This document shows positions 21,061 through 31,032 of a stretch of 64,000 bases of DNA, one piece after another. A program made the translations under genes and the position numbers. The stretch is from Planctomycetota bacterium. GTDB lineage: Bacteria; Planctomycetota; GCA-002687715; CAIWVZ01. A model generated the notes under the pieces. It worked only from the letters and a program-made list of their open reading frames with translations. It was not told the DNA's origin and searched no databases. Where the stretch lies: positions 113,611 through 177,610 of the forward strand of contig JBGANV010000011.1 in assembly GCA_044222185.1 (NCBI GenBank). The letters run 5' to 3'. How positions within the stretch are numbered: position 1 is the stretch's first letter; the number at the start of each line of letters is the position of its first letter.

Positions 21061-22203
21061 TCAGAGGCCGGAGATCTCGCTCGTGATCGCCTGCTCGAGT
21101 TCGTCGGGCTTGAACCCGAATGGTCCGGGCGCGGATCGGTACGCGACGCGTCCCTCGCGGTCGATCAGCACCAGCCGATCCGGCCAGGCCTCGTACGCGC
21201 GATCGACCGAGTTCGCCATGTCGTCGACGAGTGCCGGGATGGGCTCGAGCGCGAGACGCGTCATGCACGACGCGGCGACCGCATGGCGCTCGGCGGCGGT
21301 GACGGGCTCTTCGACCATGGGCAGATCGGCGCTCGTCATCGGCCACGGCGAATCGATCGCGTGCGCCTCGCGAATGTAGACGACGAAGAAGCTGACCTCG
21401 CCGCGATGCTCTTCCCAGAGGTTCTTCAGCCGACCGGCTGATTCACGGAAGGGCGGTCAAGTGAAGCTCCCGAAGATCAGCGCGACGGGGCGTTTGCCGC
21501 GAAGGGATGAAAGGCGAACCGGCTCGCCACCGGCTTCGGGCGCGAGTTCGAAATCCGGAGCCATCTCGCGGTCTTCGGCTGCGATGGCGCCGACCGGCGG
21601 CTCGCGCCCCTCGGTCGCACGCTCGCGCGGGAGCATGATCCCGTCGCGGTTCACGTCGCGGCGATCGAACCCCGCGAGGGCTTCCTCGACGGTGATCGCT
21701 CCGTCGTGATTCGCGTCGAGCGCCGCGAGGAGCGAGCCGAACGAATCGGTGGCGCCGGCACGCGGAGCGGCCGCGGCCGGACCCATGTCCGCCCGCGTGA
21801 GCTTGCCATCGTGGTCGCGGTCGGCGCGGAGGAAGCCCGTGGGCAGGTCCTCGCGCCTCAACTGCGCCGCGCCCGGATCGCCGAACATGCGGATGAGGAG
21901 GAACGGCGTGGCCAGCTCGGTGGGCATGATGACCGGCAGGTCGAAGTCGGCCGCCGTGATCGCGCCATCGCCGTCACGATCGAGCGCTCGGAACGCGTCG
22001 CTCCCGCGGTCGTACTCGTCGGCGCGGACCTGGCCGTCGCCGTTCCGGTCGTAGCGCTGCGCGAGGAAGCGCCAGGCCGGATCGCCGCTGGCCGAAGCCG
22101 CGGGAGCGACGGCCGGTGGTGTGGAGGTATAACCGGCCAGGATCACGAAAACCGCGACCACCGACCTGCGGTGCGGGATGCGGGCGAGTCTCATGCCGCG
22201 CAT
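21061..22203 (-). CDS. EF-hand + iodothyronine-deiodinase-like (thioredoxin fold) selenoprotein; UGA=Sec at 21457-21459
   Basis: Reading through the TGA gives RPVALIFGSFT-U-PPFRES...FFVVYIREAHAIDSPW...LVDDM.N....Y.AWPDRL...G..GPFGF, all in one frame (380 aa). Five DxDxDG loops lie upstream. Confidence 0.92.
21426..21441 (-). promoter_or_regulatory. Bacterial SECIS element candidate
   Basis: mRNA reads UGA-CCGCCCUUCCGUGAA-UCAGCC-GGUC-GGCUGA, a perfect 6-bp stem with a GGUC loop starting 22 nt after the UGA. Confidence 0.8.
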
Positions 22204-22234
22204 CCTCGCATGGACACGAGGGCCGCGCGAGAAG

Positions 22235-23083
22235 TCAGTTGATGTTCAGGCTCGCGACGCTCGTGACACCAATCTGGATCGTGAGCGTGGGATCGAAGAA
22301 CGTGGTCACGGCGTAGAGGTCAGGCAACGCGGGCGAAAGCGCGCCCGGCGGGAGTGAGAAGTCGGCGATGCCAGCGAAATCGAGCGCGCCGATGAACGGC
22401 GCGACACCGGTCTGCGCCTGCTGCACCACGTCCAGAAGGCTGATGTGGAGGCCTTGCCACCATCCGAGGCCCGGGGACGTCGCGTTCGCCGTGTGGAAGC
22501 TGAACGCGGTGAAGTAGATCGCGCCAGCGAAACCGGCAGCGGGTGGCCCGTAGACGTGGACGAGCAAGCTGCCCGACCCCTGCGGCTGGCTCAACGTCAG
22601 CTCGACCGCGGGCGAGGTCAGACTCACGAGCCACGCGCCAGGCCCCCAGGTGATGACGTTGTTCTGGAAGCCGGTCCCGTCGATCGTCGTGAATCCCGGG
22701 CTGCTGAACGACTGCACGAGCCATCCATCCGGCGCCGTCGCGCTGGAGTGGTATCCGATCCAGCGCGGGCCGCCGTTCGAGAGGGTGTACTGCGGCGCGC
22801 CCATCACGCTCACGAGAGTCTGCCCCGTCGGGGCGCTCTTCCCATTCAGTGCGTTGATCTGCGCGCTCGTCGCCCAGGTCCAGATCTGGCTCGACTGAAC
22901 GAACGCGTTGATCGCCGCGCGCGTCTGGCCCACCCATAGCGCCGGGTCGTACCAATAGAGCCCCGTGGAGCTGTCGTAGAAGTACTGGCCGGATTGCCCC
23001 ACGTTCACGAGCTGCGTGAAGGCCGGCGATCCGAGTCCGAGGCAGAGGATGGCGATGGTCAGCCCGCGATTTCTCGAAGTCAT
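22235..23083 (-). CDS. Secreted protein (DxxTGLxW passenger) with C-terminal module type A
   Basis: Signal MTSRNRGLTIAILCLGLGSPAFTQ. Tail reads LSQPQGSGSL...YFTAFS...PGLGWWQGLHI...APFIGALD. Confidence 0.85.
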   Translation of the reverse strand: MTSRNRGLTIAILCLGLGSPAFTQLVNVGQSGQYFYDSSTGLYWYDPALWVGQTRAAINAFVQSSQIWTWATSAQINALNGKSAPTGQTLVSVMGAPQYTLSNGGPRWIGYHSSATAPDGWLVQSFSSPGFTTIDGTGFQNNVITWGPGAWLVSLTSPAVELTLSQPQGSGSLLVHVYGPPAAGFAGAIYFTAFSFHTANATSPGLGWWQGLHISLLDVVQQAQTGVAPFIGALDFAGIADFSLPPGALSPALPDLYAVTTFFDPTLTIQIGVTSVASLNIN

Positions 23084-23418
23084 TGTGGTCCCTTTTCGGC
23101 GTTGACGTTGGCGAACTGCGGAGAGCGTCCACGGGGCGTGGTCGAGGCAGACATCCGACGATGCTGCGAGAGAAACGAACGAAAGCGAAGTCGCACTGGA
23201 GGCGCCAGGCTTGATCCGGTCAGCGCCGGCGCAAGCAACCCTCTCGAACGAGCGCGCACGGCACGGAGGAATCGAACCGCCCTCATGCCGCGCGCGTGAT
23301 AGCCGCGGCAGTATCGGGCGGGGCCGGGTGCCAGTCAAGGCCGATGTGGGCTCGGTGACTGACGGCCCGCCACGCCATGGTCACGTTCGTACACCGGGCC
23401 ATCGCCTCAGTCGCGCGC

Positions 23419-23691
23419 TCAGGGGGTACCGAGAGCGGGATGAAACGCGACGTGAGCCGTGCCGATGAGGCCAAGGCGTTCGAGAACGGCACTCGCCCGC
23501 TCGAACGTGCGGCGCGGCTCCCGCGTCGGGATGAAGATGTTGGCCTCCCCGCATCCCATGTCGTGGCCGTCGACGTCATCGCTCCTCGGAAGCGCGTCCG
23601 ACAATTCGAGTTCCACGGCGATGAGACTGTCGTAGTCGATCAGCGCCGCTCCGGACCATTGGATGACGAGCTGGTATTCGTTTGCCTGCAC
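23419..23691 (-). CDS. Small conserved hypothetical protein (VDGHDxGxGExNIFI), possibly 3' truncated
   Basis: YQLVIQW...DYDSLIAVE...VDGHDMGCGEANIFI. Confidence 0.65.
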   Translation of the reverse strand: MQANEYQLVIQWSGAALIDYDSLIAVELELSDALPRSDDVDGHDMGCGEANIFIPTREPRRTFERASAVLERLGLIGTAHVAFHPALGTP

Positions 23692-23825
23692 GAGATCGAC
23701 CTCGACGACGTTGCGATGACCACGATCCGTCCCACGCCGTCGGTGGCGTGCCGAGGACGCGCGTCACGGACTCCGAGCTCCGCTCCGAAGTCCGGTGCGC
23801 GGCTCCGGTGCGGATCGTACGCGCT

Positions 23826-24545
23826 TCAGGGCCGTCGATCCCACAGGCCGAGGGCGTCGGGTTCCGTGATGTACCAGAGGTTGAAGCGGAGGCCGTCGCG
23901 GAACGATTCGTCGACCTCGTCCTCCACGTTCATCGCCTGGATCGTCCGGCTGGATTGCTCCGCGGTCCGGGCGCAATACACATCCCAGGGCTCGACGCCC
24001 CGCCTTCCACCGGTGTCCCAGCCGCGAACACACCTGTTCCCCGCCCGATCGGGGATCACACCGTGAACCGTGCCGTCCACGATCGCCCACACCTCTCCTC
24101 CGAGCACAGCCTGCCGCGTCGCCGCGATCTCTTCGAGCACGTCGACGACATCGGCCCGACGCCATGCCAGCTCGCCGTTCGCGGCGCGGTAGGCGCGACC
24201 GGAGAACTCCGCCCGAAGGACAGGAACGTCGCCGAGCACGACGCCACGCGCCACGACCAACGGCCCCTCGACCAGCTCGAATGCGACGCCGGCCAGAAGG
24301 GCCGAGTCGTCGACCTGCTCGTCCATGAGCTCGAACTCGAATCGCTGTGGCAACCCGGGCTCGACTTCGGGGCCAGCGACGAGTCGGACGCCCAGGTAGT
24401 CACCGCCACCCTGCACGACCAGGTGCGGCATGTACCAGGCGCCGTTGGCACCCCACGGCTGTTGCGGCGGTACCCGGCGGCCTCCGTCTCGGTGCGCCAG
24501 GAACGTGAGATCGACGGCGATTCGCCGGGATGGTCGCGGACGCAT
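23826..24545 (-). CDS. Fusion of an EF-Tu domain-III-like beta-barrel and an Imm40-like immunity domain
   Basis: N-half reads FL...GGR......Y.PH...PG...F.L.EG..VVARG.V. C-half reads ELAW...V..V...AVLGGEVW...W..Y..R.....I. Confidence 0.55.
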   Translation of the reverse strand: MRPRPSRRIAVDLTFLAHRDGGRRVPPQQPWGANGAWYMPHLVVQGGGDYLGVRLVAGPEVEPGLPQRFEFELMDEQVDDSALLAGVAFELVEGPLVVARGVVLGDVPVLRAEFSGRAYRAANGELAWRRADVVDVLEEIAATRQAVLGGEVWAIVDGTVHGVIPDRAGNRCVRGWDTGGRRGVEPWDVYCARTAEQSSRTIQAMNVEDEVDESFRDGLRFNLWYITEPDALGLWDRRP

Positions 24546-24822
24546 CCTGCCAGCCACGCCACCGTGCACTGTGAGTCGCTCCCCGCCTCGGTACCGCGCG
24601 CAGGTTGCCGCAGGCGGCGCGGCGACCGCGCCGGGTCGCAGTGCCGTCGACGTTTTCGCGAGCCGGCCACCGCGTCGCCGCCACGGACGCGGTCCGCTCG
24701 ATCGCCAGCAACGCCGGCCGCGCGACGCACGAGATTCACTCGGCGGAGGCGCACGCGTCGCGCGGGTGCGACGCCCGGCGCTTCATCGACGATGGCGGCG
24801 TTTTCCCCGTCAGGTCCGCGCG

Positions 24823-25353
24823 TCAGCTCTTCGGTTGTGGCCCGGGGCTGACCGTCGTCGTCTTCTTGTCGTTGGCCGTGGTCGCATCACTCGGCGTGAC
24901 CTCGAGCGTCCAACGGAGCTCTTTCTCGAAGTACTTCTTGTCGGTCGCCTCGAACTTGAAGACGTGTGTTTCGCCGACGGCGAGTTCAGGAATCGTCTCG
25001 CTCTTGACGCTCTCCGGCTTGCCGTCCTTTCCCTTGATCGTCAGGTAGGCGGTTCGCGAACCCTTGAACTCGCCGGGGCCGACGTTCTTCACCGTCGCCG
25101 TGATCTCGAGAGTCTTCGCGTCCTTCCACTTCGCCGTGATCGAGAGCGCCGACAGGTCGGCCGGCTTCTCGACGGTAGGCTTGGAGTCCGTTTCCGTTCC
25201 GTTGTCCTTCGGAGCGGCCCCTCGGTTGGAGCCACCGCTGCCGCCCCGCGCCCCGCCGCCGCGACCGCCGCGGCCGCCGCCCCGTCCCTGTGCATCGAGC
25301 ATGGCCGGCAGAACCGCCAGCAACACGACGACAATCAACCAAGCCTTGTTCAT
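24823..25353 (-). CDS. Secreted CARDB/Ig-like protein with an RGG-rich linker
   Basis: Signal peptide followed by ADLS...ITATVKNVG...IPELAVGET...D....ND. Confidence 0.75.
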   Translation of the reverse strand: MNKAWLIVVVLLAVLPAMLDAQGRGGGRGGRGGGARGGSGGSNRGAAPKDNGTETDSKPTVEKPADLSALSITAKWKDAKTLEITATVKNVGPGEFKGSRTAYLTIKGKDGKPESVKSETIPELAVGETHVFKFEATDKKYFEKELRWTLEVTPSDATTANDKKTTTVSPGPQPKS

Positions 25354-25914
25354 CTGAGTTCCTTTCGCGACGCGTCCGGGAGTCGGGTTGGGGCCGAACT
25401 CGGACCTCCGACAGGTTATTCAACGCACGGGCCCCTGTCACCTTTCCGCCTCACCGCTCCCCCACTGGCTTGCTCGATCGACGCCGCGCGATCGGCCACG
25501 CGACACCGGCGCAGAACCGAGCCGGACGAGCCGGTTCCAGCCTGCGACAGCCCCGCCGGATTACCCGTCGTCCGCGCCCCAACGCGACGTAACCCGCTCG
25601 ACCGAACGCGCGTACCTCGCCGGCCAGCCCGGTGAGGGGTGGTGGACGGGCGCCGCGGCATCAGGCCGAATCGGGCCGTTTTCACCGGCCAAGAGCGTCT
25701 CTATTGCGCGAGGTCCCGCAACCTTCGGCGGCGCGTCCACGACTCCCATCGCCCCGGGCCGCGCCGTCGTTCCCGGCTGAACCCCGCCTGAGGGACCCGG
25801 CCCGTGCATCCCTCACACGGCAGCGCCGCCGGGAGCATCCGTGAGCCTGCCGCTTGGGCCTGAGTCGCCCCGGACCTCCACGGGACCGCGATTCCCGGCC
25901 GGTACACTCCCGCC

Positions 25915-26793
25915 ATGCCATCCACCCGCAAACCGAGTCCGAAGGCGGCGAAGGCCGTCGTCAAGAAAACACCCCCCAAGAAGGCCGCCGTCGAGAAGGC
26001 CGCTCCGAAGAAGTCCGCGGCCGTGAAGCCCGCGTCCAAGAACACGAAGCCAGCGGGCGAAGCCATGTCGCTCGCGGACGTCATGCGTGCTCTCGAGAAG
26101 GCCGGGTCCGAGAAGACCCGGAAGACCTACGCGCGACACGGCGCCACGGGCCCCATGTTCGGGGTGGCCTTCGGAACGCTATTCGACCTCCAAAAACGGA
26201 TCCGCGTCGATCATTCGCTCGCGCTCGCATTGTGGGATACGGGCAACGTCGACGCGCGCAACCTCGCGATGAAGATCGCAGACCCCGCCGTGATGAAACC
26301 GGCGGACCTCGATCGCTGGGCGCGCGAGAACGCCATGCGAATGTGCAATCTGTACATCGGAAGTCTCGCGTCCGAGTCGCCCCACGGTGCGACGAAGGCG
26401 CGTGAGTGGCTCGCCTCGTCCGACGTGAAGCTCCGCGCCGCCGGCTGGACGCTCGTCGGCATCCTCGCCAATCGCGACGAGTCATCGCCGGATGCGGTCT
26501 TCACCAAGTACCTCGAGCAGATCGAGAAGGGCATCCACGGAGCCCCCAACGAGGAGAAGGGCGCGATGAACGGCGCGCTCATCGCGATCGGAGGTCGCAG
26601 CGCGGCACTGCGAAAGTCCGCGTGCGCCGCCGCGAAGCGCATCGGCAAGGTCGAGGTCGATCACGGCGACACCGCCTGCGAGACGCCGGACGCGATCCCG
26701 TACATCGACAAGCTGTGGGCGCGCTCGGATGGGAAGTTCCCCTCGCCTGCCGCCGCGGAGCGCTCACGGGAATCGATGCGAACACGGTGCTGA
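25915..26793 (+). CDS. DNA alkylation repair (AlkD-like HEAT repeat) protein with a Lys/Ala/Pro-rich N-terminal tail
   Basis: RHGA..PMFGV, DHSLALALWDTGNVDARNLA and IGKVEVDHGDTACETPDA motifs. Confidence 0.85.
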   Translation: MPSTRKPSPKAAKAVVKKTPPKKAAVEKAAPKKSAAVKPASKNTKPAGEAMSLADVMRALEKAGSEKTRKTYARHGATGPMFGVAFGTLFDLQKRIRVDHSLALALWDTGNVDARNLAMKIADPAVMKPADLDRWARENAMRMCNLYIGSLASESPHGATKAREWLASSDVKLRAAGWTLVGILANRDESSPDAVFTKYLEQIEKGIHGAPNEEKGAMNGALIAIGGRSAALRKSACAAAKRIGKVEVDHGDTACETPDAIPYIDKLWARSDGKFPSPAAAERSRESMRTRC

Positions 26794-26952
26794 TGCGGCG
26801 CGTTCGGCCAGCGTCGCGCGAGTGCGCGAGGCGCCGGCATCAGCGCGCAGCCCCGCCCCCAGATCCGAGGAACGGCGCCACCTGCGAAGCCCAGCCGCGC
26901 GACGCCGCGGCCGATTTCACGCCGAGCAACCGGAGGCGCGGCGGCGACCGGA

Positions 26953-27783
26953 TCACCCGCCCTTCGCGCCCTTGCCGCGAAGCGTCTCGAGGAGATCCGC
27001 CACCTGGGCCGCGAATTTCATCCGCTGGAAGATGATGCCTGGTGCGCCGCGGTCACCCCCGAAGGAGCGCGCCTGATACTCGCGCGTCTTCGCCGCATAG
27101 TTCGTGAGGAACCGCGAGAGCGGCTCCACCGCTGGCGTGCCGATCTGGCGGAGCCGCACGGCTACGGACTCGAACTCGATCTCGTCCTTCGCGAGTCGGC
27201 CTATCAGGGCATCGACCTCCGCAGAGACTGAGGGCGATGCCACGGGCGCGCCGGGCTCGTTCGCCCCCGCCTCGCCGCACGAGGAGAACGTCGCGAAGCA
27301 GGTCGCCGCGAGAAACATCGCCGCGGCGATCCCACCCTCGGGTCGGGGTAGCCCAGGGCGCGAGGCCTCACCCGAGGGCTGCGCCCCTCGGCGCAGCTTC
27401 CCTCGGATGGCGATGACGGAGGCCGCGATGACGGTGCCGACGCCGACGAAGAGGAACCTTTGGACCCAAGCGGCCTCGCGATGAGCCCGCGCCTCGAACT
27501 CCTGCGACGCAGACCAGTTCTTCCTGGCGACGGCGGCATTGATCGCCGCCGCAGTCGGGTCATCTCGCTGCGCACTCGAACGGTCGCCCAATCTGCCGGT
27601 GGGCGTGATTCCGTAATGCGCAGCGAGCGTCTCGTTCATCTCTTCCTCGGACATCGTCGTCGGGAAGAGCAGGAGTGACGTCGCGCCAAGTACACACGCG
27701 ACGGCTGCAAGCGTCCCGACGGCTCTCCAGGAAACGCGCCGCCGCGTGGATACCGCATCTGATCGTGGATTCGTGACGGACAT
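26953..27783 (-). CDS. Hypothetical membrane protein with a short HEAT-like C-terminus
   Basis: Three hydrophobic segments and LRQIGTPAVEPL. GGAGG RBS upstream. Confidence 0.55.
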   Translation of the reverse strand: MSVTNPRSDAVSTRRRVSWRAVGTLAAVACVLGATSLLLFPTTMSEEEMNETLAAHYGITPTGRLGDRSSAQRDDPTAAAINAAVARKNWSASQEFEARAHREAAWVQRFLFVGVGTVIAASVIAIRGKLRRGAQPSGEASRPGLPRPEGGIAAAMFLAATCFATFSSCGEAGANEPGAPVASPSVSAEVDALIGRLAKDEIEFESVAVRLRQIGTPAVEPLSRFLTNYAAKTREYQARSFGGDRGAPGIIFQRMKFAAQVADLLETLRGKGAKGG

Positions 27784-27864
27784 GCGATCGACCCTCCCTT
27801 GACTGCGCGGCAGCGGCGCTCATGTCCCCGGGTCCCTCCATCGGGGCGCAAACGTCCGCCGCGC

Positions 27865-28812
27865 TCAATTCTTCATCTGCAAGTGTTCCCGTGCGTTCTT
27901 CAGTGAGCGCTGTGCGATCGAGTCGCCTGGGCGGAGCGCGAGCGTCCGCTCTGCTTCGGTGCACGTGTCCTCCCAGCGCTCCAGCTGGTGGTACACGGCC
28001 GTGAGCCAGGAGTGCGCATCGGCGTCGTCGGGCGCGAGTTCGATCGCCCGTTTCAACGGCGCGATGGCGGCTTCGGACCTGCCCGATAGATGCAGCGCCC
28101 GCCCGAGGTTGGAATGCGCCCTCGGGAAGTCGTTCCGCAAGGCGATCGTTCGCTCACATTCCGCGATGGCGTGCCCCCAGTCTTTCAGCTCCCCACGCAC
28201 CATCGCCAATCGGAAATGCGTTTGCGGATCCGCCGGGTCGAGCTCCGCGATCACGGTGAGTTCCTGAAGCGCCTCTTCCCATCGACGCAACCTCGACAGG
28301 GCGTCCGTGAGATTCGCCCGAGGTTTGACGTACGTCCGGTCGAGCGCCATCGCGCGGCGGAACGCATCGATCGCGGCCTCGTCGTTGCCGAGCGCCGCAT
28401 GAGCCGAGCCGAGGGTGTTGAAGGTCTTCGGGTTGGTCGCGTCCAGCGCGATCGCACGCTGGCAGGCCGCCACGGCCTCGGCGCTCTTGCCGCTCGCCAG
28501 CAAGGCCCAGCCGAGATTGCTGTGAGCCTTGGCGTTCGACGGATCGATGCTGATGGCTTTTCGCGTCTCCTCGACGGCCTCGCCCCACTGCTCGATCTGT
28601 CCCAACGCATGCCCGAGCTTGCGGTGCAACTCGGCATCGTTCGGGTTCTGCGCGACCGCCTCCCGGAAGGACCGGGCGGCCTCGCGATAGTCGCCCTTGG
28701 CGGCAGCGTCATTCGCGCGCTCGACCGCAGGCCGTGAATCACACCCGCAGAGGGCGACGAGGATGCACGCGAGACAAGGACTCAGAAGTACGCGCCGATT
28801 CGAACGTGACAT
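27865..28812 (-). CDS. TPR-repeat lipoprotein
   Basis: Lipobox-like LCGC and about 8 TPRs (AHSNLG...A...A...A...P). Confidence 0.9.
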   Translation of the reverse strand: MSRSNRRVLLSPCLACILVALCGCDSRPAVERANDAAAKGDYREAARSFREAVAQNPNDAELHRKLGHALGQIEQWGEAVEETRKAISIDPSNAKAHSNLGWALLASGKSAEAVAACQRAIALDATNPKTFNTLGSAHAALGNDEAAIDAFRRAMALDRTYVKPRANLTDALSRLRRWEEALQELTVIAELDPADPQTHFRLAMVRGELKDWGHAIAECERTIALRNDFPRAHSNLGRALHLSGRSEAAIAPLKRAIELAPDDADAHSWLTAVYHQLERWEDTCTEAERTLALRPGDSIAQRSLKNAREHLQMKN

Positions 28813-29079
28813 CTCGAAACTCGACCTGAGGCTCCACCAAACCGAACTCAGGACAAGATAGACAGACCGCGATCAGAGTTACGCGAGCTCCGTTGGATCG
28901 AAGACTGCGAATCCCCTCCCTCCGTCTCGTCGATCGTATGTCCCCAAATCAGGACGCCGCGGACCCCGGTAGTCCGGACGCATGTCCCGCAGTGACGCTC
29001 GCTCCGCCATGTCTGGGGGCCATGTGAACTCTCTGGCTCCGCCGTCGAGATCGATGTCGCGCGGAGCGCGCGAGAACGT

Positions 29080-29415
29080 CTATCCCCAACTCCGTCCCGT
29101 GTACCAGGAGGGGCGGTCGGCCGCGCGGCCGTGCCAGCCCCAGTCATCGAGGGTGGACGCGAAGGGCTCCCTCCGAAAGATCCGATAGGACGCACCGAGT
29201 CGAGAGACTCTGTAGCCCGTCGCCTCGATCTCGCCGAGTTCCGCCGGATCGGCCGACGTCACGACGATCCCTCGCGGACCGCCGAAGTCGGAAAGGAACG
29301 CCTCGAGTCGCAACTCGCCGCCGTCGGGTCGCGGAACCACGAACGGAGCGACGACTCGTATCCGGAGGGCCGTCCCGACCTCCGCCCACGCACGGCTGAT
29401 GTCTGCGTCGAACAT
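29080..29415 (-). CDS. Small hypothetical protein (PF...FG...G...DWGW.G...P.WY)
   Basis: 111-aa ORF with GAAGGG RBS and a recognisable conserved-looking motif pattern. Confidence 0.65.
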   Translation of the reverse strand: MFDADISRAWAEVGTALRIRVVAPFVVPRPDGGELRLEAFLSDFGGPRGIVVTSADPAELGEIEATGYRVSRLGASYRIFRREPFASTLDDWGWHGRAADRPSWYTGRSWG

Positions 29416-29514
29416 GCCCTTCCTTCATCGAGCCCGCGACGCGTCGGTCTACGGAGCGAAAGTCAGACCTGGCGCCCGGACTCGAGTGAGCGATTCTGCC
29501 AGCGGGATCGACGC

Positions 29515-31032
29515 TCAACGCAGGATGAGGTCGACCGCCGGCGACAGGCTGTAGCCTCCGTTGGCGGCGAGCGGATCGATCACGACGCCCTGCAAGCGGC
29601 ACGTGATTCCAGCAACCCCTGGTGGAACGAGGAACACGACGTCGATGCCAGCGGGCGGCATCAATGGCAGACCGAACGGAGAGATCGGCGCACCGAAGAC
29701 GAAGATCGCCGACGCGGGATCGACGTGGAGGACGCCTGCGTAGCCCGAGGGAGGGAGTCCGCTGGCGAATGCCTGGCCGACGAGCGCGCAGGGTCCGAAC
29801 GCCGTTCCCTGGAACCGTGCGACGACCATGTCCCCGACGGATGCATGCTTCTGCATCTCCGTCCACAGCCCCGCGCCGTTCACCTGCAAGCCGAGGAGCG
29901 CGCGGCCGTCCTCCGTCCCACCGAGCCATTCGTCGGCACCCATGTCCGGCAACGCGGCCGCCGGGCCGCAAACCCGTGGATCACCGTCGAGGTCGGTCGC
30001 AGGGAGGCCGCCGGGCACATCGAGGGTCCCCGCTCCGCGGCACGGCGAATCGGATCGCAGATGCAGGCCGAACCCAGCCTCGAATCCAATCGAGCCCGGA
30101 GCGCGCACGAACCTCGGATCCAGGGACACGTTGCCAACTCCGGGATATGCGCCGCTCACGTCGCAAGAGCGAACGTCGAGCGAGTCGCCGATGAACTCGC
30201 CCGGGCTCGGGCCGATCGTGTTGGATCCCGAGTCGTCCCAGAAGATCGAGTTCAGGACGACGCCTCCCCACGAAATCAGTCCGCCGGGCGCGCCTCCGTC
30301 CGGCCCTCCGGTGGGTGTCCCGCCGGAGTTCGCCGTGAAGGTGCAGTGGATGATCGTCGCGGAACCGAATGCGTGAACGCCGCCGGCACCGACTTCGATG
30401 CCGGTGTTCCACGGGAAGCCACCGCGATCGCCTCCGACGTTCTGGGTGACGATCGTGTCGACCAGCAGCAAGTCACCCGAGCCATCGATTCCCCCACCGG
30501 CACCCGGCCCAGGGCTCTGAACGACGAAGGGATAGCCGCCGACGTACCCATCTCCACCAGCGCCTCCGCGGTTGTCGACGATGATGCAGCGGATGACCTG
30601 GAGAGGGCCATTGAACTGGATGCCGCCACCACCGCCGCGGCCTCCCGGCTCGAATTCCGTCGCCGCGAGTCCCGCAGCACCTCGACCGTGAGTCACGGTG
30701 AGGCCGATGATCGCGGAACCTGCCGAGGCCAGGATGATCGGGTCCAGGTCGTCGCCATGGACGACGGTCGCCTGCGGTCCGTCGGGCGCGATCAACGTCG
30801 TACCGGATGGCATCGAGATGTGGCGCTCGTGATAGACGCCGCGCCCCACTCGGATCGTGTCGCCCGTCGACGCCATCGCGACGCCAGCCTGGATGGTCGG
30901 GAACGGGAACTGGAGGCTCCCGTCTCCGGGAGGCGTGGCCGTTGCCGACACGTGCCACACGGACTGCGCGTGCACGGTCCAGACCAGGAGGATGAGCGCC
31001 AGCGAGTGCGTGCCGATGCGAATGCGGACCAT
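29515..31032 (-). CDS. DUF1565-like / beta-helix secreted protein with C-terminal module type C
   Basis: WHVS...GDGS...PF.TIQ.G, DPRFV...L...SPC..AG...DMGADE. Tail reads GTED...VNG...RLQGVVIDPLAANGGYSLSPAVDLILR. Confidence 0.88.
   Translation of the reverse strand: MVRIRIGTHSLALILLVWTVHAQSVWHVSATATPPGDGSLQFPFPTIQAGVAMASTGDTIRVGRGVYHERHISMPSGTTLIAPDGPQATVVHGDDLDPIILASAGSAIIGLTVTHGRGAAGLAATEFEPGGRGGGGGIQFNGPLQVIRCIIVDNRGGAGGDGYVGGYPFVVQSPGPGAGGGIDGSGDLLLVDTIVTQNVGGDRGGFPWNTGIEVGAGGVHAFGSATIIHCTFTANSGGTPTGGPDGGAPGGLISWGGVVLNSIFWDDSGSNTIGPSPGEFIGDSLDVRSCDVSGAYPGVGNVSLDPRFVRAPGSIGFEAGFGLHLRSDSPCRGAGTLDVPGGLPATDLDGDPRVCGPAAALPDMGADEWLGGTEDGRALLGLQVNGAGLWTEMQKHASVGDMVVARFQGTAFGPCALVGQAFASGLPPSGYAGVLHVDPASAIFVFGAPISPFGLPLMPPAGIDVVFLVPPGVAGITCRLQGVVIDPLAANGGYSLSPAVDLILR

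Noticed and set aside
25785-25860. GAGGGACCCGGCCCG... resembling part of a SAM-I riboswitch upstream of the AlkD-like gene
   Set aside because: The AUC..GAG start, the GGCAACC and GGUGC elements and the P1 pairing were not found, and the gene context does not fit.
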